DNA of 57,938 nucleotides, counting the filler, from Lytechinus pictus (lineage: Eukaryota): NCBI RefSeq assembly GCF_037042905.1. It is 4 parts of 3 records of this genome, joined end to end, with 100 filler letters (N's around TTAATTAATTAA, not from the genome) between each part and the next. Parts side by side here need not be neighbours in the genome. Positions count along the whole stretch, not along the records: positions 1 to 26,048 come from NC_087262.1; 3 more parts are not named here. One strand, written 5' to 3'. Position 1 is the first letter of the stretch. The number at the start of each line of letters is the position of its first letter. Below the pieces are notes generated by a model. That model was given only the letters and a program-made list of their open reading frames with translations, made no database searches and had not been told where the DNA came from. A program made the translations under genes and the position numbers. Positions 13,280-26,048 of the stretch are shown piece by piece.

Positions 13280-13689
13280 GTAAGTCTTAATCTCAACTCA
13301 GTTTTATGATTATTCTGTAACTGAATGTATTGTAAGGTGCCTTGACATAATTTTGGTTTACATCACTCTTTCTAGAAAATTTCTGGAAAATAGGCTAAAG
13401 GCACTATGATAAAATGACTGGAATTCACTTTTACAACAAACAGAAACTTGGTATTGACAACCTGTATCAGTCTAATTTTGTTGCATAATTTGTGGAGATG
13501 AAACTGATGGTGATGCTGCTGATGATGAAGGTGATGATGAAATTGATAATAATAGTGCAGATTTGTAGAGAGCATCGTTCAAAGACACTCATGACACTAG
13601 CTCAGCAACAATGCTCTTTTATATAAACAAATAAAAATATGAACAAACTACAAATTTACTTAAATCCTGAAAATTACACTATAATGATA

Positions 13690-14510
13690 TGGTGATGCTG
13701 TTTATAAGGATGATTTATTGATGATTTTGATGATTATGATGCTGCTGATGAAAATAATATAGATGATGACGATGAAAATGATGATTATGATGACGTGATA
13801 GTGATTGTGATGATGGCGATGATGATGATGATAATGATAATTGATGATGGCAATGATGATTATGATGATGATGACAGTGATAATGATTATGATGATGGTG
13901 ATGATGATAATGATGACGGTGATNNNNNNNNNNNNNNNNNNNNNNNNNNNNNNNNNNNNNNNNNNNNNNNNNNNNNNNNNNNNNNNNNNNNNNNNNNNNN
14001 NNNNNNNNNNNNNNNNNNNNNNNNNNNNNNNNNNNNNNNNNNNNNNNNNNNNNNNNNNNNNNNNNNNNNNNNNNNNNNNNNNNNNNNNNNNNNNNNNNNN
14101 NNNNNNNNNNNNNNNNNNNNNNNNNNNNNNNNNNNNNNNNNNNNNNNNNNNNNNNNNNNNNNNNNNNNNNNNNNNNNNNNNNNNNNNNNNNNNNNNNNNN
14201 NNNNNNNNNNNNNNNNNNNNNNNNNNNNNNNNNNNNNNNNNNNNNNNNNNNNNNNNNNNNNNNNNNNNNNNNNTGATGATGGCGATGATGATGATGGTGA
14301 TAGTGATGACGGAGATAGTGATTATGATGATGGCGATGATGATGATGATAATGATGATCTAGTAATTATAATGGCGATGATGATGATAGTGCTGCTGATA
14401 TTGGTGGTGATGGAGATGGTGATGATGATATTGATGGTGATGATAGTTTTAATGATAATTATTGGTGGTGATAATGAAAATAAATATTATATTGATGATT
14501 ATGATAATAG
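13690..14510. repeat. (GAT)n-type microsatellite flanking an N gap
   Basis: Direct observation; similar tracts at ~9060-9280, 20650-20850, 32630-33260, 34200-34370, 57850-57900. Confidence 0.9.
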
Positions 14511-14562
14511 TACAAAGAATGGTTTACATTGTTTTTCATTGTTTAATTTTACCTCTCTGCAG

Positions 14563-14688
14563 AATACACCTAATTCACAGTTAACCTTCCGACTTGAACC
14601 ACCATCACAGTTATTTGAATTCATAGACCCAACCCAAGGAAATCTTTACGTCACAGGTGATATTAGCAATACATCAATGTGGCATAAT
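14563..14688 (+). CDS. PCDH15: PCDH15-like exon (EC9)
   Basis: NTPNSQLTFRLEPPSQLFEFIDPTQGNLYVTGDISNTSMWHN. Confidence 0.88.
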
Positions 14689-15421
14689 GTAAGTCATGTG
14701 AACATTATTTTGTCTATTCAGCTATAATACTTCATGTATCACTGTAATCCAGCTTAATAATAATAATAAATAATATCTCCATTTATATAGCGCAGTTACT
14801 ATGTGCATATACTCAACTGCGCTTTGATACTTGGTATCATATTATTACCCCGGCTGTAACTGAGCCGCCATATTGATAGGCGCTAAAGCGTTCAAGGAAT
14901 AAATCCTACTGGGTACCCATTCACCTCACCTGGGTCGAGTGCTTATTAGGTATATCTAATGGCAAGTGATTGAACATTTTCTATATGCCTCAAATTTAGA
15001 TTTTTGCAATTAGTTTGATTTTAATGTATCCCAAGTCTTCATTGTGAGATGGGCCCAGTTTATTCAGTGTCCAATGCTAAGCTTGTTTTCTTATAACTTT
15101 TGTTTTCATATTGGATTTTTTTCCAGTTTAAATATTGTGACATGTTCTTTTGTTATTCTCAATTCCATGCTTGTATTGTACAAAAGAACCAACTTATCTT
15201 TACATTTGGGATTATCATTATGTTTATTATCATTATAATCATATTCTTATTGCTATCATTATCAATATAATAATTGATGATTATTGATATTGTTATTATT
15301 ATCATTGTTGTAATTGTTGTTGTTGCTATTAACAATAGTAGTAGAAGAACATAACATTGTAACATAATGATTACTATAAATTATTATTATATTTTTTGTT
15401 TTAATATATATTCTATTTTAG

Positions 15422-15528
15422 TTGACAATAGTAGTCAGTGATGGTGGTGATCCAGCCAACATAGCAACAGTTCCTCTCTCAATCCTTCTCAGAGTAGAAA
15501 AACCTATATTTCCACAAAATGTCATTAT
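15422..15528 (+). CDS. PCDH15: PCDH15-like exon (EC9-EC10 linker)
   Basis: LTIVVSDGGDPANIATVPLSILLRVEKPIFPQNVI. Confidence 0.88.
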
Positions 15529-15685
15529 GTAAGTATATTGTATCATCTTTTTTTCATTTTGCAATGCACAACATTTTATCTAATCTATAAAAGGAAATAA
15601 TGATCATCTTTTATATCACATTGGAACAATAAAAATAATCATCTTCTTTTATATCACATTTGAAAAAAGTTAGAAAGTAAAAAAG

Positions 15686-15726
15686 GGGCCTAAGCTTTCG
15701 ATCCTAGCAGAATCTTCGTCGGAGGC
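15686..15726 (-). ncRNA. Degenerate minimal type I hammerhead-like motif (Penelope-like element remnant)
   Basis: - strand gcct-CCGACGA-a-gattct-gct-aggatc-GAAA-gc-TTA-ggc; one mismatch to the CUGANGA core. Confidence 0.5.
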
Positions 15727-16104
15727 AAAAAAAAAAAAATGAAAAAAGTCTCTATACTTTCGTAATATACATATAATATTACCCCAATCATTGGAGTATG
15801 GCTTGCCCAAATATGACGTACATGTATGCACAATCTCAACTCCATGGGGAGTATTCCAGTGATGAGTCAGCTGGCTACCCAGTTAACACCTGGGTGGAGA
15901 GCGGCAAAGTGTGAATTGATGCCTTGCCCAAAGGATAAGTTCTAAATCAAGTTAGAGAGTAAAGTTGTTCATATATGTCTATGCAAAAATGTAATGTGAA
16001 GTAAATGAAAAGAGATAAGATACAGATATAGTATAGAAAAATTCATAAGAAATATCTTGTAGGTTTGTAATCAGTTGTTTTGTCATATTACGTTCATTGT
16101 ACAG

Positions 16105-16217
16105 TGTGGATGATGTGATGGAGGAAGAGGAACCTGGTGCTCTAGTGGCTGTCATCGAAGCCCAGGCCAATGTTGGAGATGTCATTGTATACTCCATAGT
16201 CAACTCAACTGACCCTA
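16105..16217 (+). CDS. PCDH15: PCDH15-like exon (EC10)
   Basis: VDDVMEEEEPGALVAVIEAQANVGDVIVYSIVNSTDP. Confidence 0.88.
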
Positions 16218-16980
16218 GTAAGTCATTAGGACATTTTTGTCACGTGCCTTGGACCTGTCTAATCTGCTGCTTCTGTTGTGACTGAAAGACAAATTATGGT
16301 GGATTAATGAGTAACAGTACTCAAATTCCAAACCATGATTAAATACAAGGTTTTAAAGTATTCCAGGCATGCATGGATCCAAAGGGGCCAATCTTGCAAT
16401 GGCAACTTGTCCAAAACTTTTTTAGGGGGAAATGCTCCCCATGAATGGTTATAACCCTTTTTTTTTTTGGGGGGGGGGGTTGACAAAATATGTGGAAGAA
16501 AAAGACCCCCCTAGATCCTGGATCCACACAGCTGGATTGTTCTGATGGTCAATGGAACCAAGAGATTCCTGCATAAAGTCTATGGGAATTCAAGAATCCA
16601 GTAGCCAAAGTTCAACTCATGCAATGCTTCAACAAACATGTCTAAATAATCAAAATGTTTTGACTACAGGCGTCCAGCAAAACGATAAATGCTTTTTTGG
16701 AGTCTGCATAAAATGTAACTCGAATAAGTCAACATCAGCATTAGATTTCATAAGCAATTGATGTATAAGAAATTTTATGCATGTGTTTATATTTGGGTTT
16801 TCAGGTACCCTCATGCTAAATGTATAACTGATAATTTGATAGAGTGGCATTTTTGGTATTTCAAAAACATGGCTATGAATTTATTGTTATGCTTCGGTTA
16901 CCAGTTTTTATTACCATTGATGTTCTCATACTTCTTCACAAGTCATGTTCTCACCTTCGTCCTATTAAATTCCTCTTAAG

Positions 16981-17154
16981 GTGCCTTCACAATGAATGCA
17001 AGTAACAATGTGGCTACGATCTACACCGCCAAGACTCTGGACCGTGAGCAGGTGAACAACTATTCTATCAAGGTCCAGGCCGACATACAGGGGGCTGAGC
17101 CTGATGAAAACACCCTACCAGAGGAGACTAACAGGAGACGGAAGCGCCAAGCAG
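16981..17154 (+). CDS. PCDH15: PCDH15-like exon (EC10, RRRKR insert)
   Basis: AFTMNASNNVATIYTAKTLDREQVNNYSIKVQAD...TNRRRKRQA. Confidence 0.9.
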
Positions 17155-17694
17155 GTAGGAAGTTACATGTAATCATGAATGCTCAAGCACCTGATCAGGG
17201 TAGGAGGGCTAAATTTAGCGAGGTAGTAGTATGTAGCACTTCAAAAAAGTGTACTAAGGGTGATATAAATGTTGCATGTTATTATTATTAGTAGTAATAT
17301 TATTACTATTATTACATAGCCACAAAAGAATATATTCTCCGTGCATGTGAATTCCCCCTCCCCCTTAGTTTGGAAATTAAATTGATAAATTAAGACTACA
17401 TGAAAGTGATGCCTCCTCCTTCTCTTAAAAGTTGATGAAATGATTTAGCTTCCGAAAATTGCACAGGAAGACAAATTATTTTTTCCTTCCTTTTAATTCA
17501 GCTTTTCATGCATTCACAATATTTTTGTTTGTTTTCAGAGTAGCTGTGAATGAGTCCTTATATGCATTATGCAATTTTCTTAACATTTTGTTTTCATCAT
17601 TTTTTAACACATCTTGATTAGTACATATGAAGATTTATATACTGATTAGTATAAGTGTTTTGATCTTAGGCTTTTCATTTCTTTGATGTCACAG

Positions 17695-17852
17695 AGAACT
17701 CTGAAGTAGCGGAGCCTTCAGAACCGAACGTTGTCTATATCTATGTCAATGTTGCTGACATCAATGATAACGGACCTTACTTTCCAAAGACAAATTATTA
17801 TGCTGGAGTCTCTACTGTAGCCAGGGTTGGGACACAAGTCATTCAAGTCGAG
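17695..17852 (+). CDS. PCDH15: PCDH15-like exon (EC10-EC11)
   Basis: NSEVAEPSEPNVVYIYVNVADINDNGPYFPKTNYYAGVS...IQVE. Confidence 0.9.
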
Positions 17853-18337
17853 GTAAAAACAATGCATAGTAAACATCAGGGGAGTTATCAAACGAAACAG
17901 TGATTTTCACTGACAAATTTGTTCTCAACCAATCAGATGCTAAGTATTTCAGTAGCTTGAGAAAATCACTATTTCATGAAATGCCCCCCTTTGTGAGACT
18001 TTGAAATTCACAATATTTCACATTACAACATAACATATATGCTTTTCCTTTTCACCATAGTGATAAAGGAAATATCATTTTAGAGTTTCTGAAGTTTTCC
18101 ATGATGATCTTATGATACTTGTTACATTAATAAAAAAAGACAATATATTTCAAATCTATTTGGAAAATTCCACATGTGAAAAGCAAAACCACCTTGTGTT
18201 TGATGACTTAATTTACAATTCATCACATGATTATCTTTTCTCCAATTTGACAGCAAGATTTTTAATATGTGAAGTATAATCTCCATGACAACATAAGTTC
18301 ATGGAAAAATAAATCAATTCAATTTGTGTTCTAATAG

Positions 18338-18550
18338 GCCTTTGATGATGATGAGGGAGAGTATGCTATATCCAATCATTCCATCGTTCCTACGGAGGCA
18401 GGAAAGTGGTTGTTCAGGATAGACCAAAGAACGGGCATGATCGTTACCAACCAGAGCCTTGAGGGAGAAGCCGCTGGGGGCCAATTTGAATACGCTGTCA
18501 CTGCAGATGATCCAAGCAATAGCTTCCAAACAAATTCGACGATGCTCAAG
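18338..18550 (+). CDS. PCDH15: PCDH15-like exon (EC11)
   Basis: AFDDDEGEYAISNHSI...FRIDQRTGMIVTNQSL...VTADD...MLK. Confidence 0.9.
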
Positions 18551-18963
18551 GTATGACGTTCATGCAATGTGGTTTGATTTTTTTTCATACTTAGTCATGG
18601 CTTAGATTTAGATTTATATTTATGCTAGGAAGATTAGTGGATCTTGTTAGTACCACATTTTGATATGGAAGTCAAATACACCCCTACCTGACATTCGTAA
18701 CTAATTCTCATGGTGCAATATTTGGTCGAGATGGAGAACTGAGATAATCAAGTTTCATTAAGTTTGCTCTCTTTTTTCCTAGTTTTGCCTCCGAACTATT
18801 GATTATAATATTGTAATGTAGATATCCCAATATTATACCTTTATGTTTTATACGTTTATTGTAATCAAGATGAATTTACATAATTATATTGGTCACAGCC
18901 ACACTAAAATAAGAAAGATAAAACCTAAGCATGGTGAATCATATCTCTTATCCTATTGTTTAG

Positions 18964-19202
18964 ATATCTTTGATCGACAACTCTCATCGTGCCATCTTGG
19001 CTGGTGATATCGATCCAGATGTCATGAGAGAGAACCAAAACGCTCTTAGTGAAATCCTATCAGACGTCCTCAATGCAGACGTGACCATCGAGTATGTGAG
19101 CCCAAGAGAAGTTGAGAACAGTCTGGACACAACGGGATCAGACGTTCTCTTCTATGCTTTGGATGCTGAAGGGAACCCCATACTTGGAAAGAACATGGTT
19201 GA
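18964..19202 (+). CDS. PCDH15: PCDH15-like exon (MAD12 membrane-adjacent domain)
   Basis: ISLIDNSHRAILAGDIDPDVMRENQNALSEILSDVLNADVTIEYV...SDVLFYALD. Confidence 0.88.
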
Positions 19203-20033
19203 GTAAGTATACGTGACCTTTGATGGAGGAGTTAATAGAATGCATATGTAGGAAATTTACTTTGTTGGTGTCCTGCTTATATGTGTTTTTTAATGATGCA
19301 CCATTTATGTATAATTATTTTCAATACGTATGTCTTTCATTCATGTATTTTTTAATATAGTAATTTAATGCATGCTGTTAATTTGTAAATCCCAGTACAA
19401 ATTATCTCATGGATGTAATAATTTGAATTGATTTATAAGACTTTGTTGGTTAAAATTCCGAGCCACTGTTGCTTGTTTCTTATCAAGAATTCCTCACCTT
19501 GCTTTTTCCTTATCCATTATTTCCGGCAAAACAATGGATGATTAGGAAGCAAATGTGTTATCCTTTACTCGATGAAATATTCTAAAATACTAATGGACAC
19601 AATTTCTGTCAATCTGTCATACAGAATTGTATGATAGATTGTCAAGCAAGTTACGAAAAGTAAAGTGCAAAGTTTCTAATTTAAGAAATTAAAAAATTGA
19701 GTTTTTGAAACTGGTACCCTATTTCATAAGGTTTTTTTTTGGATAGAGTGTTGAAATATTATGCCAATATTTGCTCTCACCATTCAAATGGCAGGATAGT
19801 TGCTTGATTAAAAGAAGAGCTTGTAGCTTAACCGTATTCAGTTTTTTGAAACTTAGGTTTATGATTGCAAAGTTTGATATATGGGTATGTAGGATAAGAC
19901 ATTGTAGTGATGATGAAATTTGCAGTAAATGTGATATTTAACTAGAACTACAAGATGGTACAAGTTGCTGATCCATTCTTAAATTATCATTTTTCAGAGA
20001 TCATATCAATTTTTGTGTTCCTATTTTTTTTAG

Positions 20034-20258
20034 AATCTTGCGTTCTCAAAATACCTCACTCAACGAGCGTTATTCCTCCATCGTGGGTAATAAGACCATT
20101 ACTGATATCAGGACGCCCACCGGTACAATCACAGGCCCTGGTGTCTTCCCTGGCTCTAGTGGACCTACGGTGGAAGCCATTGCTCTTATATGCCTCGCTT
20201 GTGTGCTGTTTGTCTGTGTGGTCATTGCCATAGGGGTGGTCATCATATCGTGGAAGAA
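20034..20258 (+). CDS. PCDH15: PCDH15-like exon (transmembrane helix)
   Basis: AIALICLACVLFVCVVIAIGVVIISWKK: hydrophobic helix followed by a basic stop-transfer. Confidence 0.9.
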
Positions 20259-20982
20259 GTAAGTTGAGAATAGTAATAAGGAATATAAGGAGTGTGGTGG
20301 GAAAGTAGAAGGAAGGATATGTAATATAAGGAGGAGAAATAAGGTATTGTAGTTTGGTTTTGATAGAGGTGGTGATGAAGGNNNNNNNNNNNNNNNNNNN
20401 NNNNNNNNNNNNNNNNNNNNNNNNNNNNNNNNNNNNNNNNNNNNNNNNNNNNNNNNNNNNNNNNNNNNNNNNNNNNNNNNNNNNNNNNNNNNNNNNNNNN
20501 NNNNNNNNNNNNNNNNNNNNNNNNNNNNNNNNNNNNNNNNNNNNNNNNNNNNNNNNNNNNNNNNNNNNNNNNNNNNNNNNNNNNNNNNNNNNNNNNNNNN
20601 NNNNNNNNNNNNNNNNNNNNNNNNNNNNNNNNNNNNNNNNNNNNNNNNNNNNGATAATATCAATTATTTTGCTGATGTTGTGGTTAAGATGATGATTTTT
20701 ATGATGATGATGATAATGGTGATAAGATAATAATAATAATATGATGATGATAATGGTCATCAGATGATCAGAAAATTATGATGATGATGATCATATTATG
20801 AAGATGTTACTGATGCTGCTGCTGCTGATGATAATGATACCACTAATAATGATGGTAATTAGGATAATAATTGTTAAGTAACTAAAGTTAGATTTTACAA
20901 ACTCCATGAATATATTTTCACACAATAATTTCAGCATGTCATTCATATAAAACAAAACCGCATTATGTCCTCTTCATTCTAG

Positions 20983-21079
20983 ACGAGAAATGGAGAAGGA
21001 GAAAGCAGGTCGAATGTATCTCCCAGCAATGTATAACACCTTCAATCCATATGGAAATGGGGACGACTTGGAAATGTAA
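20983..21079 (+). CDS. PCDH15: PCDH15-like cytoplasmic exon (ends at donor after 21075 or at in-frame TAA 21077-21079)
   Basis: ctag acceptor in the correct phase; REMEKEKAGRMYLPAMYNTFNPYGNGDDLEM*. Confidence 0.75.
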
Positions 21080-22550
21080 GTTGATTTTTTTTCCCGTTTT
21101 ATCTCATCTTTTAAAAAACCTCTGTAATGTTGGATACAGAGTACTAAGATTGACTTGAATGATTTGTATCAAACTGTGTCTAAATAGCATGACTCACAGG
21201 TTTATAGTTATATACATTTAGTACAGAATTTTACAAGAACACAGAAAATTCTCATGAATCTTTTTCTAGTTTCCCTGCCATATGAAGTTAATAATGTTGA
21301 TTTTGGCAGAAAATGCCCTTCCATTTCAATAAATTATGTTTTCAACCAATTAATATACATATTTTATGTTACTCTCATGGAATCATACTGTTCCTATACA
21401 TTGACACAGAGAACATAATTAGAATTGAATGATGTTATCAAAGTAGAACCACCTGTTTTTGTGTTTTTTTATGTTGAGTATCCATGATGGCATCATGCTT
21501 GGTTGAAGGGGTTCATCTACAAAATTTGATTAGCATAATCAAGTTGGAAATTATAATTGAATAAAATGTGTACAAGAAAATGATTAGGGTAATCATTTAA
21601 AAATAAAAACGTATTAATTAATGATCTTATTAATCTATATAACTTTCTTTATAAGCATTTTGAAGGAAATTCATTTTCTTGAGTAGTGTTTATTTGTAGC
21701 ACATCAAAACAGACACAATTTGTCTATCTTTTGATATTTCTATGCACATTCTTTACCTTATGCTGCTCATCTTCTTTGAGATCAATAAACTGAGTTTTTT
21801 GTATGACTTTCTGCAGCTATCCTAGCACTTCTGCTTTAATGTGTATATATATATATTTTTTTTTTTACAATTCTTGTAAGCATATTCTTTTCATTTTATA
21901 TAATCATCGTTATAATGACTTGAATATGATTTTGTAGAAATCTGCAGGCAATCTTAGAAGAAATTAATACTTTTGCCTGATGTTAAAAATGTATTTATTA
22001 GATAAACTGGAATCTAATTAAACTACTCAAATGAAATAAAATAAGATTTAGTGACCAGTTCTAGTAGTTATGTCAATTAGTATTGATTGTGGCCTTGCAG
22101 CAATAATGTATTTCATATTTCAACCTCTGTCAAACGAAATTATTAAATCATTAGAAGTGATTACAACATCTTAAGTGACTGATATCCCTTTTCCAAAGAT
22201 CATGCAGTTAAATCTACTTACTTGTCTATGTATTTACCTCTTACGAATGTCTATTTGAAGAAATCTATATTAGGTTTTTCAATTCTTTATTCATTCAAAT
22301 TCACTTAGAAAAAAAGTATACGTACAATGCAAAAAATTAGAAGTGCATAAAAATACAAAATATCATCATATTGTAAATAAACAAAACATTGCCAAAATCA
22401 TCGCACGAATGAGAACTTGAGGAAAAGGAAAATTCGAGTTTGGGTATATGCATTACTATGCAAATCAGTAAGCTTTGGTAGGTGTTTCTTTCATTTACTT
22501 CTAGATAATTGTTACCAATTCTGTTGATATCCCTTTTTGTTTTGAACTCA

Positions 22551-23175
22551 ACCATTCCATTTGAGTCTTAGGGTAATTTTGGGGTCATCTATATTTAAGG
22601 GACTAGTTGTTCCCTATTTTGCGAATTGGACCATTCCATTAGAGGTGCTTGTAAAGTCATTTGTGTATACTGTTGGAAGGGACCTTTACTGATGAAGTAT
22701 CTCACTGCCATCTGCTATATTTACTAGTGTTGCTTGCTTATACTCAGAGCATAGTGTCCCGATAAATTGAAATTGAGTCCCTACGTATACATTGGCATCC
22801 TCACTTGTGATATTCGTATGTGTGATAAATTAGACCATTCCATGAGAGTTATAGGGTAATTCTAGGTTTTTTTTTATATCGAATGGACTAATTGCGTATC
22901 CTCTGCTTGCTGCACATTGATCACTTCTTCTGCTTGATTCATACTCAGGGAAAAGTGTCCTGATAAAGTGAAATTTTGTCCCCCACTTCTCTTCATTGGA
23001 ATCAACTCTGTTAATATTAATGTGTGATAGATTTGATCATTCCATAAGAGTTGTAGGATGGTTCTAGAGTAGTTTATATTGGAGGGACTGGTTGAGTATC
23101 TTATTTTGCTTTCTGCATATCTTCACTTCTTCTGCTTGCTTGATGATACTCAGGGCCCAGTGTCCTGATAAAGCC
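22551..23175. repeat. Diverged ~200-bp tandem repeat (about 3 units)
   Basis: Recurrent accattccat..agagtt.tagg and atactcagg...agtgtcc.gataaa at ~200-bp spacing. Confidence 0.65.
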
Positions 23176-23610
23176 TTTCTGCCTTCCACGTAAGTCTCTC
23201 TGTCACTAATAAAGTCTGTTTATTTTCCCATCACCTTGTGTTTTGTTAAAATTGTTGCACACATCTACACATCTGTTGATCAATATGAAGCCTTAATTGT
23301 GAATGAAGTATTGCGTTATTTCATTTCTTATTTATGTATACCTGTTCACAACCAATTCATTATTGATGACTTGTCGTTGTTGCTTTTTCTGATCATGTGT
23401 CATTTTTCTGTTCATTCCTTTTGGCACTGAAATCTAGAATTTTCATATAATAAATTATATATTCTTATATGTATGTGTAAATATTGTTAATATATAATGA
23501 ACAGCTGCAGGTTTGGATAATTTCTTTTAAGTATTTTCTTTTACTTCTCCTGGATCCTTAATCTAAAGTAAATGAAAACTTAGAGGATTATAATTACACA
23601 ACAAGATATG

Positions 23611-23767
23611 GGGACCGTTTCATAAAGGACTTGCATCTGTTGTAACTTTGCCATTATGGTAACTACCATGGAAACCTTGATTCTGATTGGCTGCTGAGCC
23701 CTGTTACCATAGCAGTTGTCATTATGGCAAAGTTACAACAGTTGCAAGTCCTTTATGAAACGGGCCC
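23611..23767. mobile_element. Palindromic PIF/Harbinger-type MITE
   Basis: gggaccgtttcataaaggacttgca ... tgcaagtcctttatgaaacgggccc; ATG 3-bp TSD on both sides. Confidence 0.85.
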
Positions 23768-24613
23768 ATGATCTTAAAAATAAGTAATTCTGAATGGGCC
23801 TGTCTCTGTAGTAGATTGTGTATTCAACTTTTCAACTTCATAAATTCACACATTTCCAGTTTTTTATTTGGCTATCTTAATTGTACTCATTCTAAGTTTT
23901 ATTTCCCATCCCCCACATGCCCTTACTATTTTCTATTTAACGGGGATCCTCTAAGATCATTGAAAGAGACATAATCCTGTATATTGTAGTGCAGTTTATT
24001 GTTTTATCATTCATTTGCATTATTGTCCCAGGAACCACTTGGAATTGACCATCAGTTGATCTTTTTGAAACAGATAAAAAGATCATTGTTATTTTTTATG
24101 CTGTTTATTCTTATCACTTCCATTGTTATGCTCATTTTCTTTTGGTCATTTTTTTTCTGCATGCAAGTGTATGCCTATATATCATTTATACTGTGCTGTC
24201 AGTCGGTATACACTATTTTGTGATATTTATGTATTTTAATCTGTGAAAGATTGTGTGGATGAAGCAATGATCTTTGATATTCATATAAATTCTTCTTAGA
24301 TTATGCATTTTTTTGTGTATGTGATACACGCATGTATATCAGCCCGAAGTCACAAAAGGGATTTTAATTTTGTGATCTGAATACATGTACATGGGTTTGA
24401 TTTATTTAGCAAATGCATGTATATTGAGAAAAGGTCTAATGTCGATTGTGTGTATTATCACAGTGCACTAAATTCACACATGTTTCTATGGGTAGGGCAT
24501 CGATGAGCCTACATTTTTTAATTGACTTGATTTACTTTAACTGTGGAGTCTGACCTTAGTAACAAACAGAAATAAGCAAATTTCAAAATTAGCTTTTCAA
24601 AAGTGTGCATTCA

Positions 24614-25352
24614 TTTTTGTCTTGCCTGCATATAGATCTAGTTCATAAAACTTGGACATAGGGGTATTGGTGCATCACTGCAGATCCTGCCTGAGTTTCA
24701 GTTCACATGACCAAGGTCAAAGGTCATTTAGGGTCAACAAACTTTGACCATGTTGGGGGTATTTGTGGAATTGTCATAACTTTAGAATTTATAGTTCTAG
24801 TTGCTGAAACTTGGACATAAGAGCAATCATGAATTCCTAAATATCCTGTGTGAGTTTCAGGTCACATGACCAAAGTCAAATGTCATTTAGGGTCAACAAA
24901 CTTTGGTAATGTTGGGGGTATTTGTGGAATTGTCATCATAACTTTAAAAGTTTATGGATCTCGTTTATGAAACTTGGACATAAGAGCAACCATGTATCCC
25001 TGAACATCCTCTGCGCATTTCCAGTCACATGGCAAAAGTCAAAGGCCATTTAAGGTCAATGATTTTCGGCAGTGTTGGGGGTATTTGTTGAATTGGCATC
25101 ATACCTTAGAAACTTTATGGATCTAGTTCATGAAACATAGACATAAGGGTAATCAAGTATGAATGATTGTTTTGCAAAAGTATTGAGTCACATGATCAAG
25201 GTCAAAGGTCATTTGGGTCAATGGACATCGTATTCTATTATCATATTAATGTTTTCTTTTCTGAATTATTTTTCAATAGTTTTCAAAGTCAGTAGAGCTC
25301 CTATATCAATACGCGTAATGCAGGCGAGACTGCCAGAGGCGTTCCACTTGTT
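24614..25352 (+). mobile_element. HINE-like element, copy 2 (lacks the microsatellite module)
   Basis: gtcttgcctgcat / atgcaggcgagac subTIRs, same core repeats and gccagaggc...cttgtt end as 11888-12850. Confidence 0.75.
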
Positions 25353-26048
25353 TAACTTTTTTCCAGTGCTTGAAATTTACAAAATCAATGAAATATGCAT
25401 AAAATATTATTCAAAACACAGATTTAAAACCACCTTTGTGAATTCAGACTATACTATATGTTGTAGCTGCACAGATCTATGTTTCTTCTATTATTGTATC
25501 TTGTCTTTGTGCAACCATTGTAAGATATATTTAACAATATCATGTCAATGTATACTTTGTACACAAATATGAATGTTTATATTCTTGAGCATTTTTTACC
25601 TTTTGGCCAATATTCAATTGCTTCTGCAAATCAGCAAAGTTTGATATTCAATGCATGTTTATGTTTTGAATGTAGTTTTATAAAATTTATCAGAATATAA
25701 TATTGAAATGGAACACTTCTTCATGAATTTTGTGCCAGAATCACATTAAGTAGAATAATAAAGAGCGCAATTCTTTATCTTCTTTTTTTTTATTCAGATA
25801 ATATATTCTTACATCATCTTCCATTGTGAATTTCAAGATTCTCGTCTAGTCACATCATATGTTAAACCCTTCTTAAATCAATTAAACTGTATGTAATGAA
25901 ACATGAAGTTATTCATTACAATTTGATTTATGCTTTTTTACTATTTCTGATATAATGAGTTTGTCCATCAATTGATTCATTCATTTATCAAATATTTCAT
26001 TCATTTCCTTATTTATTCATTTATTCATCTATTTACTCACATATTCTC

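Larger units (their letters stand above)
405..21079 (+). other. PCDH15: Gene span: protocadherin-15/Cad99C-like non-classical cadherin (5' part outside window)
   Basis: 23 GT-AG exons splice in consistent phase. The Cys pair after the EC2-3 linker (PVFVGCNATRCPDMEY), atypical EC5-6 and EC9-10 linkers, the MAD12-like domain and TM match the PCDH15/Cad99C architecture as I recall it. Confidence 0.8.

Noticed and set aside
13795-14560. Long Met/Asp/Ile/His-rich ORFs here and at 7590-8154, 8583-8910, 9010-9228, 20354-20760, 32759-33197, 34205-34430, 57588-57935
   Set aside because: They are translations of GAT/CAT/GAG microsatellites and N gaps, not proteins
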